DNA of 64,000 nucleotides from Desulfatiglandales bacterium (GTDB lineage Bacteria; Desulfobacterota; DSM-4660; Desulfatiglandales; Desulfatiglandaceae): NCBI GenBank assembly GCA_963662465.1, contig OY759599.1, positions 7,840,001 to 7,904,000 of the forward strand, read 5' to 3'. Shown piece by piece: positions 1 to 10,420 of this stretch (position 1 is its first letter; each line of letters starts with the position of its first letter). The notes under the pieces were generated by a model. It saw only the letters and a program-made list of their open reading frames with translations, ran no database searches and was not told where the DNA came from. The position numbers and the translations under genes were made by a program.

Positions 1-912
1 ATCTTTGACGTCTCAGGTTCTTCTATTTTCTGTGATAACCCTGAAAAAATGCAGGTGATTCTCAGTTCTAACTTATCAGGTTATGTCTCACAATCTCTCA
101 ACCCTACTGTCAATAATCAGGTAGGGGATATTGAGAACCTCCCCGTCCTGGACCAACTTTCAGACTACACCATCTACCTCAAACGAGCAGAAACCCTGTA
201 TGACCAATTATTTGCCTCCACAGAATCCAACCTGGAATATACATATCAGCACCTGAGCTCAGAAAAGTTTGAAGTGGAAGAGGCTCGCATACGGGATGAG
301 ATTGATAAGGAACTGCTACAGCATTTTTCCCCGGATAGCGTCCAGGCAATTTATCAAGAGATCGGAGAATCTGCCTTTGATCTCCCTAAATGGGATGGCC
401 AACAAGAATCAATCCCCCAAGACTTTATAGAAGCCTATCAAGCTGGGGAATCTCTTCTGGCCTTAAGCCGTAAGTATCGCCTTCACCCTGACAGCCTGTT
501 GAAAATCAAAGAGAAGCTGGGCCTCATCCACGAAGGTCAGCGAAAAGACGAGGCATTTAAAAACCTCTCCTGGGCCATGGGGGTTCTGTTGGGCCGGTTT
601 GATGCTCAGACTGGAGGCTTGGTGGATCTGGCTGATCAGCGAAGAAAGGAACAGAACATTTCTAAAGATCCCGAAGCGCCACAGGGGCATGGCCATGGCC
701 TCCTTTATCTATCTGCACTGGATGACCATGAAGGCTTAAATCGTGAAGAGCAACCCAATGTTGGGAAGGCATGTTTGCAGACCTTGAAAGCGATTCTCCA
801 ATACAAATGGGGCGCTAAAAAATGTACTGAACTCTGGGACGAGATTCAGAATGCCCTTGTGTTGGACTGCCGCACGGACTGGACACCTTCCCAAGGAATC
901 TACAGGCACTGA
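1..912 (+). pseudogene. pglX: BREX-1 PglX-like adenine methyltransferase, C-terminal/TRD part; frame open from window start and apparently 3'-truncated
   Basis: Frame 1 reads IFDVSGSSIF...LNPTVNNQVGDIENLPV and LSWAMGVLLGRFD, resembling PglX TRD and C-terminal motifs. The ORF ends abruptly in unrelated-looking sequence. Confidence 0.65.
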
Positions 913-1058
913 GTCCTCCGGAAACGAAAAAACCCTCCATTCTACTCCGTTTTTACTCCCTTTTGGCTGATGTGCCGGCACTTCGGAACGCATATGATCC
1001 AATGCAACGATTGTGCACCGCATACTCCCCCAGCATAAAAGAAAGGGAAACCTCAACC

Positions 1059-1333
1059 ATGTCTGATCCACAGCAAAAGGAGCATCTGCACCCCTAGGAA
1101 GCCGCGAACTATCGCATAGAGGTGGAAGGGTTGCTGGAAGAAAGCGGGTCGGATCGTTTTCCGGGGATGCAAATCCGTTCCCGGAAAAGGGCGGATGGCT
1201 GCCCGGTCGTCTCATGGATCAATCGCAATTATCAGGGGTGTTGAACGGTCTTACGGAACTGAATTTGCCCATCTTGAAGGTTGAAAATATTGATGAAGAG
1301 TTCGGTCCCGAGGTCCTTCTGAATAACGGTTAG
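1059..1333 (+). pseudogene. Small conserved hypothetical (ACT-like) protein, disrupted
   Basis: MSDPQQKEHLHP*EAANYRIEVEGLLEE has an in-frame TAG, then a frameshift to LPGRLMDQSQLSGVLNGLTELNLPILKVE. RBS-like gaaaggga lies upstream. Confidence 0.5.
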
Positions 1334-1458
1334 TTTTCTTTCAATCCAAAAGGAGGAGCAAAATGAAAAAACTGTATGGAAGAACCCTCTGGGTCTTAAT
1401 GCTCCTGATCCCACTCATAATTTTTAAAGAAACCCCGCATGTTCCGGGAGAAATAAAA

Positions 1459-2265
1459 ATGAGACCACACCGAAGATTTTTACGGATATTCCGTCTGACC
1501 CTCTTTTGTCTCATTCCGGGCGTCTTCTCCGGGTGCGCCCTGGTGGGTCCCAGCTCCATCAGCATGGGACGGGCCGACTACAATGAAGCCATCAACAAAA
1601 CCGAAGACGAGCAGATGCTCCTCTCCCTGGTCAAGGGGCGCTACGGGGAGATCTTTTCGCTTTTGTCCGTTACCGGCGTGGCCGCCAACGTCCGTTTCGG
1701 CTCCAGTGCCGCCGTTCAAGCCGAATTCGGCCCAGCGCAGAATTATTTGGGTGAACTCGTCCCTTTCAGCGCCGGCCTGGCTTACGAGGAGAACCCCACC
1801 ATCACCTATGCGCCGCACTACACGGAACCGGTCCGCGAATATCTGGATCTGCTGGGGCTTTCCATGCCGCCGAATGAATCGGCGGATATTGTCATTCCGG
1901 TCTATTTTTCCGTCAAAGGAAAGCACTTAGACGGCGTTGCCATTACCACCCGTTCCACATACGACCTGATCGAGATCCTTCGGGAATCCATTGATGTGCC
2001 CAAGGCGCACCTTTCCGCGGGCCTGGCAACCGATGGCCGGCCCCCCGGCCTGGCCGGAAATGACATCCGCATCCATTCGTCCAAAGAGAAACCCAGGGGG
2101 ACGGCCATATCCGTAACATACCGGGGATACTGGTACTTTATCCATGATACCGATACGCCCACCAAACGTTTCTACGACATGGTCCGTACCCTGTGGTCCG
2201 TCAGTATCGCCTCGGCCGCCGATCAGAGGGCCGCGCCCGTGCTGACCCTTCCGGTGAGTAACTAA
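1459..2265 (+). CDS. Conserved hypothetical lipoprotein, possibly internally deleted
   Basis: Lipobox FSGC followed by ALVGPSSISMGRADYNEAIN; C-terminal APVLTLPV. The ORF track start at 1363 is an alternative. Confidence 0.6.
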   Translation: MRPHRRFLRIFRLTLFCLIPGVFSGCALVGPSSISMGRADYNEAINKTEDEQMLLSLVKGRYGEIFSLLSVTGVAANVRFGSSAAVQAEFGPAQNYLGELVPFSAGLAYEENPTITYAPHYTEPVREYLDLLGLSMPPNESADIVIPVYFSVKGKHLDGVAITTRSTYDLIEILRESIDVPKAHLSAGLATDGRPPGLAGNDIRIHSSKEKPRGTAISVTYRGYWYFIHDTDTPTKRFYDMVRTLWSVSIASAADQRAAPVLTLPVSN

Positions 2266-3728
2266 TGTCTCTTTCAAAAAAAATATTCGGGCTGATGCTG
2301 GCGGTAATGGTCCTTTGTAGCGGAAGCCCACTGTGGGCCCAGGAGCCGAACCCGGTGAATCAAAAAACCGGTGCATCAAAAGAACAGACCCCTTCGGCAC
2401 CGGACCTGGCCAAAATCGTTCCACTGGCAACCGCATTGAACAGCCGCCTGGCGGACCTTGAAAACCAGATCAAGGATGGGCCGGATCTCTCCGACGCGAA
2501 AGAGCGGTACGAGAGAATCGACGCGGACGTTGAGGTTTCCCACCGGGAACTGAACCGGCTCAAGGAGACGGAAGACTACCGGTTCAACCGGCTTTTGGAA
2601 ATCAAGCAGGCCGTCGAACAGGAGAACCAGGCGTTTGAAAAGACCGGCATGCCCATCAGCCGGGCCATTCACGCCCTCGGTACCTGGCGCAAAAAGTGGC
2701 TGAAAGAAAAGGAACAGTGGCAGCAATGGGAGGCTTCCCTTCTGGCCGAGGGGGAATTCGTTCAACTCCGGTCGACGTTTCAACAGGCCCGTGACACCAT
2801 TGAAACCGCGCTTCAACGCATCCTCCGCCAGCTGGAAACCCTGCTTGCCTTTCAGGAAGAGGCCGGTCAAATCCAGGTGAAGTTGAACGCCCTTGAAAGC
2901 GCAGTGGCGGGCTTGCTCACGGAAATACGGCGGGGCGCCTTAATCAGTGCCTCACTGCCCATGCTCTCCTTCGACTATGTTTCCCGGTTGAAAACCGAAA
3001 TCAAAACCGTCCTGAACCACGGCTTTGAGCCCATTGCCTGGCCGGACAGGCAACGCCTTGTGAGAAATAATGGAATACTGCTGATACAACTCCTTCTTTC
3101 CCTTTTCATGGTCATAGCCGTATATGGGAACCGCCGGTCCCTTTCTGAATCCACCCGCTGGTCCTTTATGGCCAAGAGGCCCTTTTCAACCGGTTTCTTC
3201 CTGGGCGGCATGGCGATCATGCTGCTGCAGGAATATGAAGGCGCACCGTCCCTGTGGAAACTGATGACCATGATTATTTTCGTGCTCTCCTTTGCGCGGC
3301 TTGCGGGGGCCCTCGTGGATGTATCCTGGAAAAGGGCGTCCGTTTACGGGCTGATGACCGTTTTGGCGCTCTTCCGTCTCATGGAGGTGTTCGCCCTTCC
3401 CCTGCCCATCTTCCGACTTTATATGGTTTTGGCGGCGCTTGCGGGTCTTCTGTTATGCATGCGGTGGGGCAGGGAGAGCAAAACCGGTGACGCGTCCCGC
3501 CTCTGGACCCTGATTCTTCAACTGGCGGCTGCTTTTTTTGCGGTCGTTATCGTTTTGCAGCTTTGGGGAAAAGCGTCCCTGGGGCGGTTTATGTTTGTCT
3601 CTTTCATGGATTCCACGGCAACGGTTCTTGTTTTCATGCTCCTTTTGTACATGATTCACGGGGGCCTGGAATGGTTGTTTCGCATTTCTTTTTTCACAAA
3701 GGCGGCCCACCGTTTCAAGCGTGAGTGA
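2265..3728 (+). pseudogene. MscS/MscK-like mechanosensitive channel, N-terminal part only
   Basis: Signal peptide, long coiled coil and many TM helices; no MscS core domain before the stop. Confidence 0.5.
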
Positions 3729-3797
3729 TAGCATTCAAGCGCTGGAACGCTTTGAATCGACACCCAAACAATTCGATCTGGTGATCACCGACCTGCC
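3727..3797 (+). pseudogene. Response regulator receiver domain fragment
   Basis: Translates DSIQALERFESTPKQFDLVITDL. Confidence 0.6.
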
Positions 3798-4001
3798 ATG
3801 ACCTTTGTGGTCCCCCTGTGCGTCGGCATTGTAGAACGTCGTGGCGGGATGCTCATCCACGGGGCCATCATTGCCCGAGAGTACGGTCTGCCGTGCGTTA
3901 CAGGAGTGCCTGACGCAACGATCCTGATTCACACCGGCGATGAGATCACCGTGGACGGCTACCTGGGAATCGTCATCGTCGGGTCTGAAGCACTGCTGTA
4001 G
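3798..4001 (+). pseudogene. PEP-utilising enzyme mobile (phospho-His) domain, C-terminal fragment
   Basis: GGMLIHGAIIAREYGLPCVTG...ITVDGYLG motif. Confidence 0.75.
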
Positions 4002-4066
4002 GTTACTCACGTTCCGTCGTGGCCGTGGGTTTGAACAATCTTTTCATATCTCGAGTAATTAATTGC

Positions 4067-4250
4067 TCAAGCTTCCAGTTGATAATCCCCTTCCTTTGCC
4101 GGTTTCTCTCCCCGCTGAACTGCATAGCTGGCGGCAGCAGGCGTTAAATCAAATCTTCCCGCCAAATCCACCATGGGCATTCCCGATTCCACCGCAGCCC
4201 AATAGCAGAGAGAATCCTTCGTCCGGACCCGATCCTTTTGCCCTGTCAGA
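4067..4250 (-). pseudogene. C-terminal HTH remnant of a REP-associated tyrosine (Y1/RAYT) transposase
   Basis: LCYWAAVESGMPMVDLAGRFDLTPAAASYAVQRGE is typical of the RAYT C-terminus. Confidence 0.6.
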
Positions 4251-4278
4251 TCAGAATGCCCCCCAATGCAATTCATCG

Positions 4279-6264
4279 TTACAGCCCGGGCAGCGTTACA
4301 GTGAACCGGGCGCCCGGGCCCATGTTTTCTACGGTTATGGTCCCTTTCAGGATTTCCTCTATAAGTCTTTTGGCGATATTCAGGCCCATACCCATATGAT
4401 TTTTGCCTTTGTCGCTTACAAAACTTTCAAAGATCCTTTCTGCCGGCTTCAAGGTTATTCCCCCGCCATTATCTGAAACAATGAGCCTTATGCTGTTCCC
4501 GTCTTTTCGAAGATCAAAAATCAGGCGAGGATTCTCTGTGCGGCGACTTTCAAAAGTGTCCAGCGCGTTCACTGCAATCACCAGGAGTGCGTGAGCCAGG
4601 ACCGAAGGACGGGCAGTCAAAAAGATCTGCTCATCCGTCCCGGGCATGATTACCTGTACGTTCAACTGATGGATCCTTCCTCCCGCCATCTCCAGCACCT
4701 GATTCAATACAACCAGCGGATCAAATCTCTCCCTATTCCCGGATCCCGAAAAAAACTGGCTGAAATCATCCACGACATTTATCAGATGATCCATATTGCG
4801 GTTCATTGAAGGCAGGAGCTCTTCTTTAATAAGGGCCAATCTACTTTCAGAAATGGTGCCGTGCTGAAAATAGGCATTGAGTTCTGCTAATTCCGTGCCC
4901 AGACGGGCCAGCGGCGTACGCCATTGATGGACAACCATTCCGATAATCCGGCCCACAGCAGCAAAACGGGACTGTTCCATGGTGGCCTGGCGCTCTGCCT
5001 CCAGCTCTTTTCGGGACTGTCCGGTGATTCTGTTCAGGGAAATTCCCACAATGATTACATGCGCCGCGATAATCCATGGGTATATGAGCAGAATGAAGGA
5101 AAAATGTCCAATGAAGCTTCCAAGACAGGCAAGTACCAACAGGACCGCCAAATTGAACAGGACTGCGTGTCCCATGAGATACAGCCAGCCGTTCATCCGT
5201 CTCTGCCATACGCCCACCACTCCCGCCCAGATAGAAATGGCGCACACCAGCAGCACACAGAGTATCCAGAAGGGGCTTAGCCTGAATACAAAGGGCACCC
5301 ACGGACCGATAAGATAGGAACAAAGGGATATGGTGAGCAGGATCTGAAGGATATTCAGACAGACGTTCGTTAACGGCATGGTTGTTCGTGTCTTCAGGAA
5401 GAATTTGGTAAAAGGAATCCAGAAAAGAACCGAACCAATGGGAAAGAAAAAGCTGCCGGTAAACCAGAGAACAGGAGGCAGGCCAAAGCTCACGATTCGG
5501 TTCAGGCCGTTCAGCGACACAACCGTCAGGGTGAAGAACAGGGAGTAACCGGCCAACAGCCCGAAACGGGGCTGCCTTTGAACGACCCACGAGATCAGAC
5601 CTGCAGTGATCAAGGCCAACATGATTCCCAGGTTCAGTCCCAAAGTGAGGATCTCTAATCTGCTGCGGCGGCTGAACTCGGACACCGTGGCTGCCTCCCA
5701 GCCCAGTTCCAGGCCCCCGGAGGTGCGCAGGCGGGTAAGGATGGTTCGCTTGGCACCCGGCGGCAGTTCCAGGAGAAAGGAGTTCAGGCGGCTGGCAATA
5801 AGATTTTCATCTCCGGCGTCTTGAACCATGAAGCCGAGCCGGATTTCGTTAACGGGCAGACCTTTCTCCACCACGGTTACATCCAAGTAGTTGACCATGG
5901 GCCGCTGGTTGAAGAGCAACACCGAACGAGTCGTGGAAGACGTATTCTCCACCCGCAGGCGGGTCCAGACTGGAATAGCACCATACTCCAGTCCTGGCCG
6001 GCTTATCCCCATCCATTGGTCACTAGCCAGGGCGGTTCGCCAGGTCAGTTTGGCATCGGGATCCGGCAGATACACCATCCAGGGGACAAGAGATTGCGTC
6101 CCACACAGCTCTGCGAGATCAAAGCATCTTTCATTGGGCTTTTCAGAGAGGGCAGCCGCCGGAAGGAATGGATGGAACAGGCTCAAGGCCAGAAGAATCC
6201 AAAAGGGAAAAGTTCGAATGCTTCTAAAGTACACGCTATTCAATATCCTGTAAAGACCTCCCAC
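4279..6264 (-). CDS. Sensor histidine kinase with 7TMR-DISM extracellular and 7TM domains
   Basis: Signal peptide, DISMED2-like region and seven hydrophobic helices; H-box HQWRTPL, N-box AVNALD, DNGGG and GMGL boxes. Confidence 0.9.
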   Translation of the reverse strand: MGGLYRILNSVYFRSIRTFPFWILLALSLFHPFLPAAALSEKPNERCFDLAELCGTQSLVPWMVYLPDPDAKLTWRTALASDQWMGISRPGLEYGAIPVWTRLRVENTSSTTRSVLLFNQRPMVNYLDVTVVEKGLPVNEIRLGFMVQDAGDENLIASRLNSFLLELPPGAKRTILTRLRTSGGLELGWEAATVSEFSRRSRLEILTLGLNLGIMLALITAGLISWVVQRQPRFGLLAGYSLFFTLTVVSLNGLNRIVSFGLPPVLWFTGSFFFPIGSVLFWIPFTKFFLKTRTTMPLTNVCLNILQILLTISLCSYLIGPWVPFVFRLSPFWILCVLLVCAISIWAGVVGVWQRRMNGWLYLMGHAVLFNLAVLLVLACLGSFIGHFSFILLIYPWIIAAHVIIVGISLNRITGQSRKELEAERQATMEQSRFAAVGRIIGMVVHQWRTPLARLGTELAELNAYFQHGTISESRLALIKEELLPSMNRNMDHLINVVDDFSQFFSGSGNRERFDPLVVLNQVLEMAGGRIHQLNVQVIMPGTDEQIFLTARPSVLAHALLVIAVNALDTFESRRTENPRLIFDLRKDGNSIRLIVSDNGGGITLKPAERIFESFVSDKGKNHMGMGLNIAKRLIEEILKGTITVENMGPGARFTVTLPGL

Positions 6265-6367
6265 GGCCCTTTATGTTGAAGGTCTTCATGGATTATGCAA
6301 ATCCTTGCCCACAGAGCAGGATCACAGAAACCCGAAACCTCAAAGCGATAGCTCACCAGCATCCGCC

Positions 6368-6434
6368 TTTCAGCTTTCAGCCTTCAGCTTCGAGCCAAGG
6401 GACGACGTTGGGTTGCGGGTACGTCCCGCCTTAG
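6368..6434. repeat. Heptamer tandem (TTTCAGC-like x4) plus small GC hairpin, REP-like
   Basis: tttcagc tttcagc cttcagc ttcgagc, then gcggg-tacgt-cccgc. Confidence 0.55.
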
Positions 6435-6445
6435 TGCTTTTCCCT

Positions 6446-7156
6446 TTACCTCAGCATATATCCCATGTCCCTGGAGCTGAATACGGCCTCCGAACCGATC
6501 TTGGTCCTGAGGCGCCAGACCAGATTGCGCAGGGCCTGGGGGGTAAAATCCCTTTCCACGCTCATGGCAAGGCAGATCTGCACCGGTTCAATGATGCTTC
6601 CCCTGCGCGCAAGCAGGATTTCCAAAAAACGCCGCTCATTACGTGTAAAACGATGAATCTGTCCATCTCTGACTGCCGTTCCGGTTGCCACATTAAGCAG
6701 CGTACCGCCCGCAAGATGCACGTACAGACGGTTCCGCCCTTCCATTTGTTTCAAACACCCCTTCAAGGCCTTTTCGAGCGAGGGCACGCTCACGGGCTTG
6801 AGCAGGTAGTCCATGAGCCTGAGCTGAACCGCGGCCTGCATGTAGGAAAAATCGTTGTGGCACGTCAGAATGATGATGGGCAGGTCAGGGTCCTCTTCCC
6901 TGATGGCTTCAGCCACCTCCAGGCCGCTCAAATTCGGCATGGTGATGTCCAGGATGGCCATATGAGGTGCATGCGCCTCGAAAAGTTTCAGTGCCTGTCT
7001 GCCGTCTTCGGCCGGCAGCACTTTCCGAAAAAACAAGCCCAGGGTCCTGGTGAGGGATTGGCGCATGGCCCCATCGTCCTCGGCCAGAAGGACGCTCATG
7101 TCGCGCAAGGAACCCAGAGAGGAAGCGGTCACTTCATCAATCTCCCTGTTTCGCAA
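6446..7156 (-). CDS. OmpR/PhoB-family response regulator
   Basis: LLAEDD, ILDITMP, LLKP and a winged-helix C-terminus (LRNLVWRLRTKIG...GYML). Confidence 0.92.
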   Translation of the reverse strand: MRNREIDEVTASSLGSLRDMSVLLAEDDGAMRQSLTRTLGLFFRKVLPAEDGRQALKLFEAHAPHMAILDITMPNLSGLEVAEAIREEDPDLPIIILTCHNDFSYMQAAVQLRLMDYLLKPVSVPSLEKALKGCLKQMEGRNRLYVHLAGGTLLNVATGTAVRDGQIHRFTRNERRFLEILLARRGSIIEPVQICLAMSVERDFTPQALRNLVWRLRTKIGSEAVFSSRDMGYMLR

Positions 7157-7296
7157 AAGGAATTTTTACAAGCCATATCATATGCATCGAGCGGTCGAAT
7201 ATATATGGAGAATTGCGTCCGGTCAATCGGAACATGGTCATAAAAGGATAATACTTGAAATCGGTTCTGAAAAAAATCCCTAAATTTTTTTCATTT

Positions 7297-7329
7297 TGGG
7301 ACGATCATGGGATTTAGGGGTTGTATGAT
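7297..7329 (+). promoter_or_regulatory. Putative OmpR-type tandem binding site over the -35 region, with -10 TATGAT
   Basis: TGGGAC (7297) and TGGGAT (7308) are 11 bp apart; TATGAT at 7324-7329 lies upstream of the lipoprotein gene. Confidence 0.4.
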
Positions 7330-7424
7330 GGCTGCAGGTATGGCTGTTTAAAGTTACATACGGATCGTATACAAAAACTCTATGACGGCATTTGTCTTAA
7401 CAGAACAAAGGGAGGGAGTTTAGC

Positions 7425-10082
7425 ATGAAAAAGGGAAAATCTTGGGGACTAACCATTTTGTTGGTAGTGGTAACGGTGTTCTTTGTTGGATGCAGTAGCA
7501 GCAGCGACAACAGCACTCCCTCCCAGGAGCCACAAAGCGCTCAGGATACCTTCAGAAACTACAGCGGAAATCTTCATGACGTTGAATTCAGACAAGCCCT
7601 GCGGAATTCATGGGTCGGAACCTCAGGGACCGGCGAGACCCGGGTTATGGCCCGGAATGATCAGCAGGACAGAATTTCCTTCGGGGGATCCGTGTCGGAC
7701 ACTTTCCTGGATATGGGTAAGCAACTGTGCGAGAAAGTTGTGGGAAAGGGCCTCGTTTACGGCATTGACAGCGCCTTCGGCATTCAAAGCAAATCACAGA
7801 AACAGGCAGACGAGACCAATTTCATAAACAATTCCCTTCTGGGCATCCAACACCAACTCAACGCGATAAGCACTAATTTGACGACCGTCTACCAAAACCA
7901 GACCAAGTCGATGTCCCAGCAAGCCATTAATCAGCTACAGAATATCACGGACCTCGCCAATCTGAGCTCGACGATTTTTGCACTGTCCGGTGTCGAAACC
8001 ACTTTCAACGCCAATTACACCACCTTTATCGAAAATCTTCAGAATACTACCCTCGGCGCGCCGAACTATGATTTGGATTTTCCAAACCTGTGCGGTACGA
8101 GCAGTGACTTCCTTTCCAACAACTACGGCAATCTTGATGAAAACAACAGAACGAACACCATTTTGCAGAACGCCTACGATTTAATGCAAGCGCTGTTCGG
8201 TTCCCCGCAGAACGGGGCCTCACCACAGGATCCAAACGCCGTCGACGCCTTTAACGGCCTTATTACGGACTCGTCTCAATACATGACGGATCTAAAGACC
8301 GCCACAGGCATCAACGTGGTGGCAAACTATTACGCCTACGGGACGCGTCTCGTTCAGGCCGCCTTTGACATAGCAAACATTCTCCAGCAGGCCTATACGG
8401 TATTCGCTTTTACCCTGCAGTTTGCTTCGGAGTGCCCGGCGGTACAAGCCTTCTATTCCGGAAAGGATGGGACTCCAGGCGATATTTATGAGAATATTGA
8501 TATCTCCACAATAGATCAATCCGGAAATCTTCAGCCCGCATTGACTACGCTTGCCACAAATTTTCAAAACCAATATGTTCAAAACGCTATAACCACTTTT
8601 CAACAAATGGCGGCGCCTTTCGGCAATGGAGACGCAACGAAGCTTCTCGCCGACATGGGGGTTTCCCTGTCAACAGATTTTATTACGAGCGGGTGCTTTC
8701 CCCTCACTTTCGTCAGTAACGCAAACGACACTACAAATCTCGACTACCTGACCGCTGAATGCAATTACAATGGCAACTGGACGGTCCTTCAGCTTTATAT
8801 TCCCACCAACAATGGGACTGAGGGGTTGACCAACATACGATACCTTACCGATCCTCAAGATTACGGACTCATCGGGGACATTGAGCCGATCTCAGCATTC
8901 TTTAACCAACCAGATACTATAGCCTCCGCCGGCTCCTGCGATCATCATTACAAAGATATATGTACATGTGGCTTCAGTGACTGCTATGTTGCTCAGAGTT
9001 CCATACAGTTGAATTCGCTTTACGGGGCCGGTGCGATCGATGTCTCTTCTGGCAATATTTATGGTGGGGGGGAGTGTGCGAATGGAGATCAGTGCGGATT
9101 AAATTTTCGCTATATAGATTTGCTTTGGGGCTGTGATCCCGATGACAGTTGTGTTTCGGGTAATAATTACGCTGTTGCAATAACTCCCAATGGGCACGTT
9201 TCTGCAGGGGTCGTCACAGGGACTTTTTGCAGGAATGAGACCGTTCAAACTATGGAGAACACCATTGCCGATTTTGGAATGATGTCATTAACAGAAAAGG
9301 CCAGCCTAAATGGCACCACCCTTACCATTATTGGAGACGGAACAACTATTATTGGTCGCGGACCATCCTCAAATCCAGCGGGTGAAAACGGCAACGATAG
9401 TCCCAACGGCTATGCCGAGTATGGCTTTGGGATGCAGACTCAGAATGCCCCTCAGCCTGACGCGGCGTCATATCCCGTATGCGGGGAAGGCACAAGGATT
9501 TCTCTTGACGCGTTTTATCCTGACGCCAATAACGCCACAGGCAACGTAACAAACGCAACGCAAATCTCCGTGACCCTGGACGACGGCACCGACGCTACGG
9601 GAACATTTTCTTTTGATCCCAACAACGTAACCAGTACACTCACCCTCACCGATAATACTACTGGTGCGGTCTTGTATACCGCGACGAAATATTCCTACAC
9701 GCCTCCCCTGACCTCTTCGGGGAGTCAAGTCGCCCAGGTCGGCACGGATGCCATGCAGGGGCTCTGGGTATATACGGATAAGAAGAATACCCAGGCATAC
9801 GTGAACATCACGTGTGGCAACCCCATAATTTCCGGCACCGTAAGCGTAAGCGGCGATACGGAAAAAGGTATGGCAAATGTGACCATTACGTTAACTCCAT
9901 CCGCTGGAAATACTCAAACCGCAACCACCGATTTCTTCGGACATTATTCTTTTATAGTCGAAGACGGGACCTATACGGTCACCCCGTCTTCAAGCGGGTG
10001 TACCTTCAATCCACCAAGTACATCGGTTACGTTTTCCGGCGTGAATGTTTACAATGTTGACTTCACGGCTACATGTCAATAG
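7425..10082 (+). CDS. 885-aa surface lipoprotein of unknown function: helical N-terminal half, Cys-rich middle, C-terminal Ig/carboxypeptidase-regulatory-like domain
   Basis: RBS ggagggag; lipobox FVGC; C-terminal ISGTVS...ATTDFFGHYSF..DGTYTVTPS..CTFNP..VDFTAT. Confidence 0.8.
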   Translation: MKKGKSWGLTILLVVVTVFFVGCSSSSDNSTPSQEPQSAQDTFRNYSGNLHDVEFRQALRNSWVGTSGTGETRVMARNDQQDRISFGGSVSDTFLDMGKQLCEKVVGKGLVYGIDSAFGIQSKSQKQADETNFINNSLLGIQHQLNAISTNLTTVYQNQTKSMSQQAINQLQNITDLANLSSTIFALSGVETTFNANYTTFIENLQNTTLGAPNYDLDFPNLCGTSSDFLSNNYGNLDENNRTNTILQNAYDLMQALFGSPQNGASPQDPNAVDAFNGLITDSSQYMTDLKTATGINVVANYYAYGTRLVQAAFDIANILQQAYTVFAFTLQFASECPAVQAFYSGKDGTPGDIYENIDISTIDQSGNLQPALTTLATNFQNQYVQNAITTFQQMAAPFGNGDATKLLADMGVSLSTDFITSGCFPLTFVSNANDTTNLDYLTAECNYNGNWTVLQLYIPTNNGTEGLTNIRYLTDPQDYGLIGDIEPISAFFNQPDTIASAGSCDHHYKDICTCGFSDCYVAQSSIQLNSLYGAGAIDVSSGNIYGGGECANGDQCGLNFRYIDLLWGCDPDDSCVSGNNYAVAITPNGHVSAGVVTGTFCRNETVQTMENTIADFGMMSLTEKASLNGTTLTIIGDGTTIIGRGPSSNPAGENGNDSPNGYAEYGFGMQTQNAPQPDAASYPVCGEGTRISLDAFYPDANNATGNVTNATQISVTLDDGTDATGTFSFDPNNVTSTLTLTDNTTGAVLYTATKYSYTPPLTSSGSQVAQVGTDAMQGLWVYTDKKNTQAYVNITCGNPIISGTVSVSGDTEKGMANVTITLTPSAGNTQTATTDFFGHYSFIVEDGTYTVTPSSSGCTFNPPSTSVTFSGVNVYNVDFTATCQ

Positions 10083-10163
10083 GCAACAGAACGGATCACG
10101 AGGCTGTCGGCCTTGCATCCGGAGGGACCTGCCCGAGGGTAAGCATTCCTGACTTGGGGCCGA

Positions 10164-10200
10164 TTTGACCAACCGCCCCTTTACGGGGCGGTTGGTCAAA
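10164..10200. terminator. Perfect 16-bp stem hairpin after the lipoprotein gene
   Basis: tttgaccaaccgcccc-tttac-ggggcggttggtcaaa. Confidence 0.75.
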
Positions 10201-10420
10201 AATGAGATGAAAATAGGGTACAGGTCAATAGCTTTCGATTAAGCCCAGCCTCAGATTGTAGGATTAATTAAGTTTTACTTTGCCACCTATGAAAACTTGG
10301 TGCCCAGGATAGTGGACTTTAAAAAGCTCCCTGTACAAGACGACAAATTATTGCGCATCCCAATCACCGGCGGGCCTTTTTATGAGGATGTAACGGGGCT
10401 GGCAAAATGAATACCAGCCC

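Noticed and set aside
6305..7243. 312-aa plus-strand ORF
   Set aside because: Antisense to the response regulator.
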